Assembly (NCBI GenBank): GCA_016182095.1
Contig: JACOXY010000011.1
Location: forward strand, 3,794-67,793
Length of the DNA: 64,000 nt
Direction: 5' to 3'
Source of the DNA: Candidatus Liptonbacteria bacterium
Lineage (GTDB): Bacteria; Patescibacteriota; Minisyncoccia; UBA6257; JACOXY01
The translations under genes were made by a program, and so were the position numbers. Positions 34,359 to 44,320 of this stretch are shown here, one piece after another. A model generated the notes under the pieces. That model ran no database searches. It saw only the letters and a program-made list of their open reading frames with translations, and was not told the origin of the DNA. Each line of letters opens with the position of its first letter. The first letter of the stretch is position 1.

Positions 34359-35921
34359 ATGATAAATTCTCAAAATATCAAGCCTTTTTTTATTTTTTCT
34401 GCAATAACAATAATTGCCGTGTCGTTTTTAATAGCGGGTTTTAATGTGTACCCTCCTCCATCCGGGAACTCCTCGCTCTTTGTTCCGCCGGCAATAAATT
34501 TAGCCGCAGGCAACGGCCTAATAGACGATCTAAGCCACATACGCCTAAACCAAACTAAGGACGCTCGATTTATTTCTTATCCGCCATTGTATCCGGTTCT
34601 TTTAAGTATATTGATGCCAAGGACGGATTCCATTGGCGCCTTTGTCGCAATCGCGGTAATGGAAATTTTAATCATAAGCTTCACGGCCTTAATTCTCTAC
34701 AAAATCCTAAGAACCACCGGGGATAACGGGGAAATTTCCTGGTTTAATATTTTAATAATAATTTTTAGTATTTTTGCTATTGCGGGCCCCCTATTAAATT
34801 ACAACGGCACCAGACCTGAAATTGTTTTCCAGCTAATCTCGGTGGCATGGATAATGTCTGTGATATATTTAACGCGCCACAAAAATTTATGGATGTTATT
34901 GGGAATAATTATTGGGGCTGGTTTGGCCACACATCCCTTGCACGGTTTTTATTTTTCAATTTTATCCGCATTGCTTTTTTCCTATGTCACGAATACTAAA
35001 TCGGCGATTAATAACATCCTGAGGGCGGGCGTACTGGGTGTTTTAGTTTTCTTGTTAATTTTAGCTCTCTCTCCACATGGCGCGCTTGATTATCTAAACG
35101 GAATGCGCGACATGGCATTTAGATATGCGAGCACCATGATATTTTGGACCGGATCGTCGCCCCTCACTGGTTTCGAGAGTCCGCTAAACACATACGGACA
35201 AGATTTGCTGCGTTATCTGGTGTTGAGTCCGGCAAGCTTTTTCTGGGGGCCATTTGTATTATTTGTTTTGATTTTAGCGGCGAAAAACTACAAAAGGTTA
35301 AATTCGGGTATAAAATCTCCCCATTTATTCTATTTGTTTTTATTCGTTTTTTTAGCAGTGATGAGCGGCATTATTTTTCTGGGGCATGCTGACAGTATTT
35401 ATTATTTGACCATGCTTGGTTCAATATTCGTAGTAATTGCATCTTATTTAGTATCGAAAGAGAAAGTTTTCGGTCGCGTAGTTTTATTTATGCTTCTGGC
35501 TACCATGAGCATTAGCTCTCTAAGGGTCTTTGTTTTAATGCCATTTTATTTTTTGGACGGAGTCAGAATCAGTGAGGCGAGGAATATTATTGAAAACTTA
35601 AATTTGCCGGATTGCGATGATTGCGTCGGAATATCACCGGCAAACCTATGGGTACTTTCGGAAAATTATCCTTCAATAATAACCGAGCTTCAGGCGGAGC
35701 GAACAGGAGAAAATTTGGGGAAGACAGCCAAAATAATACTTTTGGGACAGCACGGTTCGAGTCTCATGGAGCCCCCAAAAGAAATAAAGGGATGCCAAAT
35801 AGAAAAAGATTACTTTGCTAAAGAAAAACCTCCAAGCTTTTTTGGCATCAAAATAGCCAATATTATCCCCGGCCATGGTTTTGCCGTCTATGAGTGTGAG
35901 ATACAAACAAAATCAATTTAG
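34359..35921 (+). CDS. polytopic membrane protein with C-terminal soluble domain, paralog 2 of 19908..21491
   Basis: N-terminal block NVYPPPSGNSSLFVPPAINLAAGNGLIDDLS aligns with paralog 1; more than 10 hydrophobic helices. Confidence 0.45.
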   Translation: MINSQNIKPFFIFSAITIIAVSFLIAGFNVYPPPSGNSSLFVPPAINLAAGNGLIDDLSHIRLNQTKDARFISYPPLYPVLLSILMPRTDSIGAFVAIAVMEILIISFTALILYKILRTTGDNGEISWFNILIIIFSIFAIAGPLLNYNGTRPEIVFQLISVAWIMSVIYLTRHKNLWMLLGIIIGAGLATHPLHGFYFSILSALLFSYVTNTKSAINNILRAGVLGVLVFLLILALSPHGALDYLNGMRDMAFRYASTMIFWTGSSPLTGFESPLNTYGQDLLRYLVLSPASFFWGPFVLFVLILAAKNYKRLNSGIKSPHLFYLFLFVFLAVMSGIIFLGHADSIYYLTMLGSIFVVIASYLVSKEKVFGRVVLFMLLATMSISSLRVFVLMPFYFLDGVRISEARNIIENLNLPDCDDCVGISPANLWVLSENYPSIITELQAERTGENLGKTAKIILLGQHGSSLMEPPKEIKGCQIEKDYFAKEKPPSFFGIKIANIIPGHGFAVYECEIQTKSI

Positions 35922-36195
35922 CGGAGCGAATTTACTAAATATGCGAGGCGCGAGGAGGAGATTAGTAGCCAAGAGCTACAGCTCCGACGATAAACGAGGC
36001 AGATTTAGGAAATGCGCCCGCCCAGGAGGGGAAGCTCAAAAATTGCTGATTTCTTTGTTACTCCTCCTTAATGTATTCTCCGAATACAATTTCGTCGTCA
36101 TGCCTTGAAATCATCTAATTTTTGAACTTCTAAATTTGATTTTGTTTGTATCTCACACTCATATAAGTGCGGGCAATGAATTGCTTTAAAAAAAC

Positions 36196-37365
36196 CTAAA
36201 TTAAGGAGTAGAGTATACCGAGCTCACCCTCGTTTAATTCCGAAGTGTTGCCAAAGTAGAAGCCGTTTTGATGAACAAAGCGGGCATTGGGACAGTCGCC
36301 ATGCGAATTGATATACTTCTTATAAAACGGCTGTGAGGTAATATCTCCTGATACAATGGGCCGAATTTCAACTCCGTTTTCGGTAAATTTATTTTTATAA
36401 CTTTCAAATGTGGTTTTGTCTTTACAAATTATGGGCATAGCAAAAGCCGAGACTGTATCCATGTGATCAACCGAAAGCGCGAGTAGGTCGTTATTTTCTT
36501 TTTTCTTTTTGTTGAAAAATTTGAAATTTTTCTCTCTGGACGCGACAACTTCATCCCAATATTGAATCTGTAAATTACCTAAAAAGCCGTTAATTTCCGT
36601 AGGGCGCACATTGTACCCCAAATCAAAAAAGGAGTAGAGCGCGTAAAAAGGATCTGTGCCATGCTCCTTATGTAAAGCTTCGAGTTTTTCTTTCGGGAGA
36701 TTTCTTCCCCAGCCATGCGCGCGAACTTTTAAGAGCATGTGGTAAAGCTCTTCGTCATCAGTACATACCATACCTCCCTCAAGCGTTGAAAGATGATGGC
36801 CAAGAAAAAAAGAAAAGGTCGAGGCAAGGCCAAAATTACCAAGCAGTCTGCCATAAGCTTTTGAGCCTAGTGATTCACAATTGTCTTCCAGAAAAACAAT
36901 TTCGCGCTCCTCACATAAACTCCTTATTTCTTTTATATCATGGCAAAAACCAAGCGCGTTAGTAAGAAAAAGGCCACGGATTTCCTTAAGATAGGGTTCC
37001 AGTTTAGAGCTTGAAACATTTAGTGATTCTTTTTCGCAATCAATCGCCACCGGCACAAGTCCCAACTGCAGAAGGGGCATGACATTGGTAGACCACGTTA
37101 TAGCCGAAACTCCGACTTTATCGCCCCTCTTCAATTTGCCTAAATTTAAAAGCGCCTGAACAAGAATAAGGTTGGCCGATGAGCCGCTGTTTACAAATAC
37201 TGCGAACTTTCTTTCTTGTTTTTTGGCGAAAGCTTCCTCATATTTTTTGCATTCTTCCCCCATGCTGAAAAACTCTGTCCGCATTACAAAATCCGCGAGC
37301 TTCCTCCGAGTCTCATTTTCATCCATAAATGCCGATTTTATTAGTTTTATTTTAAAATTGTTCAT
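36196..37365 (-). CDS. DegT-family PLP enzyme with His in place of the catalytic Lys: probable nucleotide-sugar 3-dehydratase (ColD/E1-like)
   Basis: STFSFFLGHHLSTLEGG occupies the position where aminotransferases have SF(Y)xxK. His-for-Lys is the established signature of ColD and E1 3-dehydratases. It is translationally coupled to gmd. Confidence 0.55.
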   Translation of the reverse strand: MNNFKIKLIKSAFMDENETRRKLADFVMRTEFFSMGEECKKYEEAFAKKQERKFAVFVNSGSSANLILVQALLNLGKLKRGDKVGVSAITWSTNVMPLLQLGLVPVAIDCEKESLNVSSSKLEPYLKEIRGLFLTNALGFCHDIKEIRSLCEEREIVFLEDNCESLGSKAYGRLLGNFGLASTFSFFLGHHLSTLEGGMVCTDDEELYHMLLKVRAHGWGRNLPKEKLEALHKEHGTDPFYALYSFFDLGYNVRPTEINGFLGNLQIQYWDEVVASREKNFKFFNKKKKENNDLLALSVDHMDTVSAFAMPIICKDKTTFESYKNKFTENGVEIRPIVSGDITSQPFYKKYINSHGDCPNARFVHQNGFYFGNTSELNEGELGILYSLI

Positions 37366-38432
37366 GCGAAGTTTTCTCTTTTTACACCCACAGCTTTCAA
37401 ATCATGCTCCAGCATTATTTTTACAAGTTCTTCAAAGCTAGTCTTGGGGTGCCATCCTAGTTTTTGTCTGGCTTTGGTAGCATCCCCGACAAGATTTTCA
37501 ACGTCTGCCGGGCGATGATAGTAGGCATCAATAGCGATAACAGTTTTCCCCGTTTTTACATTTACCCCCCTCTCGTCCATGCCCTCGCCTTCCCATATCA
37601 AATTAATCCCTAAATATTTACAGCACGCTTCGACAAATTCTTTTACGGAGCGGCTCTTGCCCGTAGCTATAACATAATCATCCGATTCTTTCTCTTGGAG
37701 CATGCGCCACATAACTTCAACGTAATCTTTAGCATATCCCCAATCTCTTTTGGCGTACAAGTTACCAAGATATAATTTATCGGCTTTCCCAGCCATAATA
37801 TTCGCCAAACTCATTGTTATTTTTCGCGAAACAAAATTTTCTCCTCGCCTTGGCGACTCATGATTAAAAAGAATGCCGTTAGTCGCGAAAAGGTTATATG
37901 CTTCGCGATAATTCACAGCCGCGTAGTATGCAAAAACCTTAGCCACTCCGTAGGGACTGCGTGGATGAAAAACAGTTTTCTCGTTTTGCGGAGGAGGAGC
38001 GGAACCGAACATTTCGGAGCTTGATGCCTGGTAAAATTTTGTTCCGGGGCTATCGTGACGTATAGCATCCAAAAACCTAATCGTGGAAAGTCCGGTTGCG
38101 TCACTCGTAAACTCTGGGGTTTCAAAACTAATCCCCACGTGGCTTTGGGCCCCGAGATGGTAAACCTCGTCCGGTTTTAAAGAATTAACAAGGTGCCTGA
38201 TCGAGCTTGAGTCCGTTATATCTCCATAATGCAAGATGATCGGCTGATTCACGCTTACCTTACCTTTGGTGCGGTCCAGAACCAGATGCTCGATGCGACC
38301 TCTGTTAAAAGTGCTGGCCCGCCTCACCAAACCGTGCACTTCATAGCCCTTCTCCAGCAAAAATTCTGCCAGATAAGATCCGTCTTGTCCGGTTATGCCC
38401 GTTATAAGCGCTAATTTTTTATTCCTCGACAT
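37362..38432 (-). CDS. gmd: GDP-mannose 4,6-dehydratase
   Basis: ALITGITGQDGSYLAEFLLEKGYEVHGLVRRASTFNRGRIEHL is a near-canonical Gmd N-terminus, and the full-length SDR has the Gmd C-terminal extension. Confidence 0.8.
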   Translation of the reverse strand: MSRNKKLALITGITGQDGSYLAEFLLEKGYEVHGLVRRASTFNRGRIEHLVLDRTKGKVSVNQPIILHYGDITDSSSIRHLVNSLKPDEVYHLGAQSHVGISFETPEFTSDATGLSTIRFLDAIRHDSPGTKFYQASSSEMFGSAPPPQNEKTVFHPRSPYGVAKVFAYYAAVNYREAYNLFATNGILFNHESPRRGENFVSRKITMSLANIMAGKADKLYLGNLYAKRDWGYAKDYVEVMWRMLQEKESDDYVIATGKSRSVKEFVEACCKYLGINLIWEGEGMDERGVNVKTGKTVIAIDAYYHRPADVENLVGDATKARQKLGWHPKTSFEELVKIMLEHDLKAVGVKRENFA

Positions 38433-38441
38433 ATTTAAATT

Positions 38442-39422
38442 TTACACATTGTTATTTTGAAGATTTTCCAGATCCGCATCAACCATCATTTTTAGCAGAC
38501 TCTTAAAATCAGTTTGAGGAACCCACCCTGTAACTTGCTTAATCTTGGTAATATCCGCGCGCCACTCAAAAGCCTCGGCTGGGCGCACGAATTTTTCATC
38601 TACTACAACATACTTCTTCCAATCCAATCCGACAAATCCGAATACCGCGTCCAGAACTTCCCTCACCGCATGCGTCTCTCCAGTACCAATAACATAATCA
38701 CCGGGCTTATCCTGATTAAGGATTAACTGCATCGCTTCAACATAATCGCCGGCGAAACCCCAATCCCTTTTTACATTAAGATTCCCAAGGCGCAACTCTT
38801 TTTGCATCCCCATTTTTATTTTTGCCGCCGCCAGAGTAATTTTTCTTGGCAAAAATTCCACATCAACATACGGCGAAATATGGTTAAAGATTATCCCGGT
38901 ACAAGCAAAAATTTTATGCACCTCGCGATACATTTTTGCTAAATTAAGTCCAGCTGCTTTTGAAATTCCGTAGGGACTCGTAGAATTAATTGGGGTCTCT
39001 TCGTTTTGGGGAGAAGTTTTAGCATTGCCAAAAATCTCGCTGGTGCTGGCAAAGAAAAACTTGGCATCGGGTTTTAGCTCTTTAACAGCCGAGAGGAGAT
39101 AGTGAGTGCCATTGGTATTGCATTTCAGCGTGCCAAATTCATCTTCAAACGATGGACCAATGCCAGCGATGGCCGCTAAGTGATAGACTTCATCCGGTTG
39201 TGCCTTCGCAATCAACTTACACATTGTGGGGTAATCAGCAACATCGCCCCTGTGAAGTTTTATGCTGTCTAAAACATGGCTTACCTTGTGAAGACGCGGA
39301 TTAGACTTATCAGACGCAGTCCCTCTAATCAAACCATGCACTTCATATCCTTTACCCAAGAGAAGTTTCGCCAAATACGGACCGTCTTGCCCGGCAACGC
39401 CTGTTATTAGGGCTTTTTTCAT
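38442..39422 (-). CDS. Gmd-family NDP-sugar 4,6-dehydratase/reductase paralog
   Basis: ALITGVAGQDGPYLAKLLLGKGYEVHGLIRGTAS... is Gmd-like, but the sequence is divergent. It could be a heptose-specific dehydratase (DmhA-like) or an Rmd-like reductase. Confidence 0.65.
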   Translation of the reverse strand: MKKALITGVAGQDGPYLAKLLLGKGYEVHGLIRGTASDKSNPRLHKVSHVLDSIKLHRGDVADYPTMCKLIAKAQPDEVYHLAAIAGIGPSFEDEFGTLKCNTNGTHYLLSAVKELKPDAKFFFASTSEIFGNAKTSPQNEETPINSTSPYGISKAAGLNLAKMYREVHKIFACTGIIFNHISPYVDVEFLPRKITLAAAKIKMGMQKELRLGNLNVKRDWGFAGDYVEAMQLILNQDKPGDYVIGTGETHAVREVLDAVFGFVGLDWKKYVVVDEKFVRPAEAFEWRADITKIKQVTGWVPQTDFKSLLKMMVDADLENLQNNNV

Positions 39423-39483
39423 GAAGTTATAATATCATTCGCTTAAGGGAGTGACAAGAGCGCATTAAAAAAGTGCCCCCATT

Positions 39484-40216
39484 TTAGGGGCACCCCAACT
39501 TTTCTTGAAATTTTTTCTTCAAAAAAAGTGGCAATTTATTAGGATCTCCTGCATATCCAAACATTTCAGAGAATTCCAGGCTCAACTTTCTGCCAAGAGC
39601 TCTCTGCACTTCAAACATAGATTTTCCGCCATATTTGTTTTGGTAGGCAGCGCTGAAGAATTTATATCTGCGAGCTCTTTCTGGATCCACCTTGGTGCCG
39701 TCCCAGCCCCGCTCTAAATTATCAAAACGTTCGTCAATAGGAACGGGTTCGGTGTTGGTAAGCATAATATCGACATAAAGAATGATCTTCTCCGCAAGAA
39801 CGGTCGGCCCCTCTGCTCTATTAGGAATATTTGCTCCTGTGAGATTTACTATGTCGCTCGGAATTCCCATCTCGAGTAGGATATTGGCGTCTTTTGCCTT
39901 CAACTCATCCAGGAGTTCGAGAGAAAAAGAACCGTCGTTAATTGCTCGACGCAACGCTAAAGATTCATGCTTCTTAAACCAATCATGCAAAATAAGCGCC
40001 CTGACAATGGAATGTCGTTCATGGTGTGACAGGCCTGCCATTTCGGCCAAAATATCTCCAAACACTCCAGCAACAAGACAATGCTCCGAGACATTTCGCC
40101 AAATCCCCCCCCTTTCCCAAAGTTTCCCCCTTCTTAAAGTGGGGACGAAAGGCGCTAAGATATTTTAACGCGAATCTAGAAAAATAAGCTGTTTTCCCTT
40201 GCTCACCCAGAGTCAT
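39484..40216 (-). pseudogene. HD-domain phosphohydrolase (YfbR-like) split by a frameshift at a G8 homopolymer (C8 on the plus strand, 40105..40112)
   Basis: ORF 40216..40019 (MTLGEQGKTAYFSRFALKYL...) and ORF 40065..39484 (...NVSEHCLVAGVFGDILAEMAGLSHHERHSIVRALILHD...) overlap. The second frame continues upstream through the tract. G9 or G6 would give one 244 aa HD protein. Confidence 0.55.
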
Positions 40217-40399
40217 CTCCGCCTCCTTTCAAATAGATTGGCAACCAAGAGCCACACAATGCATACCATATTTAATTAAAAATGCAAGAGATTTCGGATC
40301 AAGCCCGGAATGGCTAGATTCCAAACAACTTCACAATACTTGCGATAATCAATTATTTTCAGTTGCTCTAAACAGAGAAATAAACTATTATAAATTACA

Positions 40400-41284
40400 A
40401 TGAACTCTAAAACTATGCTTTTCGGGGGGAGCGGTCTTTTGGGCCCAGTTATTTTAGAGAGGTATCCGGAAATTATCTCGGTGGGGAGAAGCGCGCCCCC
40501 AAATCACATAAAAAACCGGCACATTAACATAAAAGATTTGGACGATTTAAGCGCTTTGGACTCACTTGACTTCGATAAAGTAATTTTCTTAATAGGAAAT
40601 TCCAATCACCATCTCATTAATGCGGAAGCGGCCATGGGAATTGATTTTAACGTTACACCACTTAAAAAAGCTCTGTTTTATTTTCAAAAAAGAAATATTA
40701 AAAAATTGATTTGCTTTTCGACTATCCTACTTTATGACGCGGAAAAAATTAAACCACCGGTAGACGAAAGCCAACCCACCAATCCTTTTGCGAATGACTA
40801 TATCTTTAGCAAGTATTTAGCAGAAGAAGTTGCAAATTTCTATAAAAACAAGGTGCCAATCATTACTATACGATTAAGCAACATTTATGGCCCAACAAAG
40901 CTAACGCGTCCCGATCTTATACCAACCTTAATCCAAGGTCTTCTATCAAAGGATGAGATAACCGTGTGGAGCAAAAAACCCGTGCGTGATTTCCTTTATC
41001 TACCCGACGCGGCCAGCGCAATCGTAAAACTTTTGGATACCGATTACACAGGAGTGGTTAATTTGGGAACCGGGAACTCCATAAGCGTCGGGGAGATTGC
41101 GGATATTTTAGAAAAGATTTCCGGCAAAAAAATTACCGATCTTAATAAAGAAGTGTCCGGTCCGATGAATTTACGCTGTGATATTTCACTTTTAAAAAAA
41201 TTAACCGGCTGGGAACCGGAACACACTACGGAAGAGGGTTTGCGCCTAACTTATAATCAGATGAAAGAGTGGGGCGTTAAATAA
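40400..41284 (+). CDS. NAD(P)-dependent epimerase/dehydratase-family (SDR) protein
   Basis: MLFGGSGLLG Rossmann motif, ...Y..SK... catalytic region, about 290 aa. Confidence 0.55.
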   Translation: MNSKTMLFGGSGLLGPVILERYPEIISVGRSAPPNHIKNRHINIKDLDDLSALDSLDFDKVIFLIGNSNHHLINAEAAMGIDFNVTPLKKALFYFQKRNIKKLICFSTILLYDAEKIKPPVDESQPTNPFANDYIFSKYLAEEVANFYKNKVPIITIRLSNIYGPTKLTRPDLIPTLIQGLLSKDEITVWSKKPVRDFLYLPDAASAIVKLLDTDYTGVVNLGTGNSISVGEIADILEKISGKKITDLNKEVSGPMNLRCDISLLKKLTGWEPEHTTEEGLRLTYNQMKEWGVK

Positions 41285-41290
41285 AATTCT

Positions 41291-42040
41291 ATGGATAATG
41301 CCCGCATCACAATTGTAATGCCAGTCTTTAATGAGGGGATAAACCTTGATATAATGCTTCGCATAATTGAAGCGATTGTTAAAAGCACTCACGAAGTTCT
41401 TGTTGTCTATGACTTTCCGGAAGACGACAGCATCCCGGTTGCCAAAGAAGTCCAAAAAGATCATTCCAACATACGGCTAGTATATAATGACATTGGACGA
41501 GGAGCAATAAATGCCATTAAAAAGGGGGTGTTGGAAGCCAAAGGAAAATATGCGGTAACTTTAATGGCTGACGATATCGGTCCCGTATTCGCCCTGGACG
41601 CTATGGCTGATCTAATGGATATGGATTGCGGAATAGTTGGCTGCACCAGATACGCTTATGGAGGAAAAGTTTTTGGCGGATCCTTGAAACAAAAAATTCT
41701 TTCCAGAGCAGCCAATTCTATATTCAGGATTGTGACTTCATCCCAACTTACCGATGCGACATTCGGACCAAAAATGTTCAAGCCCGAACTGTTCCAAAAA
41801 ATAAACATTGAATCAACCCGAGGGTGGGCAATATCTTTCGAGCTATCGATTAAAATCCAAGCAATGGGATTTCGCGTAGGTGAAGTGCCGATAACTTCTA
41901 TCAACCGGTTTTATGGCGGACAGGCAACTTTTTCACTGGGCTCATGGCTTGGAGATTATTTAAAGTGGTTCTTCACAGGAATAAAACTTTTAAGGGGCAA
42001 GGGCTTGCCGCCCCCCCTGCACAAGCGCGCCTTTGAGTAA
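41291..42040 (+). CDS. GT2-family glycosyltransferase (DPM1-like)
   Basis: ITIVMPVFNEGINL...VVYDFPEDDS...GAINAIKKG. Confidence 0.7.
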   Translation: MDNARITIVMPVFNEGINLDIMLRIIEAIVKSTHEVLVVYDFPEDDSIPVAKEVQKDHSNIRLVYNDIGRGAINAIKKGVLEAKGKYAVTLMADDIGPVFALDAMADLMDMDCGIVGCTRYAYGGKVFGGSLKQKILSRAANSIFRIVTSSQLTDATFGPKMFKPELFQKINIESTRGWAISFELSIKIQAMGFRVGEVPITSINRFYGGQATFSLGSWLGDYLKWFFTGIKLLRGKGLPPPLHKRAFE

Positions 42041-43255
42041 ATAAAAAGTATATAAGTAAGCCGCGATAGCGATAACAATAATAAAAATTTGCAGGGTGGC
42101 TGCATAATCCCATCCGGCTAATCGCAGGACAAACGGTAGCCAAGCTAAAGACATATGGATAGCAGACAATTTTATCAGCAAATTCCTGTTAATTTTTAAA
42201 AATTCTCGCATCAGAAATGGCACTGTTAAAATAAAGGCCGATGCGGCATAGCCAATAAATCTTTCGGCGCTTGGAGTCACAAAAATACTTATAAGGTAAG
42301 AGCTCGCGCCATAGGCTACGGTAACAATAAACCAAAATGGAAGCCTGCGGAATATTTCTTGGAAGTTGCGCCGAATTAGATAAAAAATTACTACCGGCAT
42401 TATTCCTAAAAGGGTGAGCAGGGCAACGAAAGTCGCGAGCATCGCTTCGGGCATAAATCCGCACGAACCGACCCGCTCGATAGAACCAAGCGGTAGCCAC
42501 GAAGGCAGAGCAAAATTATAAATTGGATCGCAATTAGCTAAAGTATTCGACCATAAGCTGATTCCTAATACATTATTAAAAAAGTAATAAGGTATCTTGA
42601 GGGCAAAATATAAAAAACTTTGAAGGTTGTGCGCGTTAGGAATGCCTAAGCTATTTATTTGTCCAGTCACAAAAATGGAAATAGCAATTATAAAAAAAGT
42701 TCCCAGGGCCAGCATCCTCTTCCCTTTGTATATACTTAGACATAAGAAAATTAGGCCGAAGAGAATGATTGATTCGCGGGTTAAAAACATAAAAAAAAGC
42801 GTCAGTAACGCCGGAATCTCCTGGTTGTAAAAAAGAAAAACAAAAAATAAAGTCGATGAAAAAAGAAAGAAAGCATCCGGCAAAAGATACTCGCTCGATA
42901 TCCCCGCAAAGTACGGCATAAAAAGAAGCGGGGCAAGCATGAGGGAAAACGGCAAAATTTTTTTAAGAACAACCGCCAAACACAAAAAAAGCAAATATAG
43001 GGCGGCGATCGTTATGAAAAGGAATGAATGCTCCGCGTCTATACCGAATATGTAATGCGCCATGCCTGCCAAAAAGGGAAAAAAAATCCTGCCCGAAAAC
43101 GGCTGAATCACATCCTGAATATCGCCTTGAAAAATTTTGAGATACCACTCAACATCTCCTCCATAAATCGGATTGAGCGGCCAGTTTAAAGCGACAATCA
43201 AAGTTGCCAAAAACAAAGCCGCAAGAAAAAAGTTTAAACTTTTTGAAGAAGTCAT
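41990..43255 (-). CDS. polytopic membrane protein (12+ helices), third member of the YGGD-motif family; candidate polymerase/GT-C
   Basis: N-terminus LNPIYGGDVEWY resembles GGDSAYY in 19908..21491. It lacks the C-terminal soluble domain and overlaps the convergent GT2 gene by 50 bp. Confidence 0.45.
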   Translation of the reverse strand: MTSSKSLNFFLAALFLATLIVALNWPLNPIYGGDVEWYLKIFQGDIQDVIQPFSGRIFFPFLAGMAHYIFGIDAEHSFLFITIAALYLLFLCLAVVLKKILPFSLMLAPLLFMPYFAGISSEYLLPDAFFLFSSTLFFVFLFYNQEIPALLTLFFMFLTRESIILFGLIFLCLSIYKGKRMLALGTFFIIAISIFVTGQINSLGIPNAHNLQSFLYFALKIPYYFFNNVLGISLWSNTLANCDPIYNFALPSWLPLGSIERVGSCGFMPEAMLATFVALLTLLGIMPVVIFYLIRRNFQEIFRRLPFWFIVTVAYGASSYLISIFVTPSAERFIGYAASAFILTVPFLMREFLKINRNLLIKLSAIHMSLAWLPFVLRLAGWDYAATLQIFIIVIAIAAYLYTFYLLKGALVQGGRQALAP

Positions 43256-44307
43256 TTATTAAAAAATCTAAGCAATAACTCATCAACTCTCTTGGGGAAT
43301 AACTCTATCCCAAACTTACTTAGAACTTTTTGCCGCAAGAAAGCGCGGTCAAGCAGCTCTTTTCTGACTTTTCCCGTTAACACATTCACTATCGACTGCG
43401 CGATTTCATGAATATCATCCGGATTGACGAGGAGCCCGATCTCGCCTCCCAAAAGAGGAGTGCCCGAACCATCCTGATTGCCGGCAATAACAGGAATACC
43501 GCAGGATAAGGCCTCAACATAAACAGCCGGCGCCCCCTCGGCTTTTGAAGGCATGGTAAAAACATCCGCAAGATTATAATAATCAACTATTTCTTCGTCG
43601 GGAATAAAGCCGGCCACGATAACCTTGTCCCCAAGATTCATTGCGTCTATTAAATTTCGTACTCGAGGCATATCATCACCCTTGCCGCCCAGCAAATAAA
43701 TCGCTTCTGTCACAGCGCTTAATATTTCCGGCATAGCTTGTATTACACGATCATACCCTTTATAACCTTCGAGCGACGAAAGCCTTGCCACCGTAAAAAT
43801 AACTTTTTTACCCTTAAGTCCGTATCTATTAATAAGCAACGTCGGTTTTCCCTTGGGAGCGAACCTGGAGCCATCAACGGGATTATAGAGAAAATAAATC
43901 TTATCTTTTAACTCGGGGAGCTGCGCTATCATTTTTTCACCGGTAAACTCTGCGACTGTAGTTATTACTTTAGCTTCCAGCAGGCTTTTTCGCTGTAAAA
44001 AGCTTCTAATATTCCAAACATCAATTCCGTGAGTGCAAACTATATACTCGTAGCCGAATAGTTTCTTGATAAAGAACCCGATTGGCGAATAATTAACATG
44101 GGCGCAAACAATTACATCGGGTTTAAAACTCACGCTTTTAAAAAAAGAATTCAAAACAAACTTAATGCCGGCCCAAGCTCCGCCGCTTTTTATTTCAACC
44201 AGAACTACGCTGTCACCGCGCGCTTTTAGAGCGGCAATAAACTTCCGGTTATATTGCTGAATACCCCCCAAAGAGTTTGTGTCAGAGGTAATATACAAAA
44301 TTTTCAT
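43252..44307 (-). CDS. glycosyltransferase family 4
   Basis: ...FTMPSKAEGAPAVYVEALSCGIPVIAG... is the GT1 C-terminal domain. Confidence 0.75.
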   Translation of the reverse strand: MKILYITSDTNSLGGIQQYNRKFIAALKARGDSVVLVEIKSGGAWAGIKFVLNSFFKSVSFKPDVIVCAHVNYSPIGFFIKKLFGYEYIVCTHGIDVWNIRSFLQRKSLLEAKVITTVAEFTGEKMIAQLPELKDKIYFLYNPVDGSRFAPKGKPTLLINRYGLKGKKVIFTVARLSSLEGYKGYDRVIQAMPEILSAVTEAIYLLGGKGDDMPRVRNLIDAMNLGDKVIVAGFIPDEEIVDYYNLADVFTMPSKAEGAPAVYVEALSCGIPVIAGNQDGSGTPLLGGEIGLLVNPDDIHEIAQSIVNVLTGKVRKELLDRAFLRQKVLSKFGIELFPKRVDELLLRFFNK

Positions 44308-44320
44308 ATTTTAAGATTCT

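Noticed and set aside
42017-42023. A C7 tract in the 50 bp convergent overlap of the GT2 gene (41291..42040) and membrane gene (41990..43255) could be another phase-variation switch. The same applies to the G/C7 tracts at 45751..45757 and 45868..45874.
   Set aside because: All three leave their reading frames intact, and 7-mers are shorter than typical slippage-prone switches. They are recorded as context for the G8 frameshift, not as separate findings.
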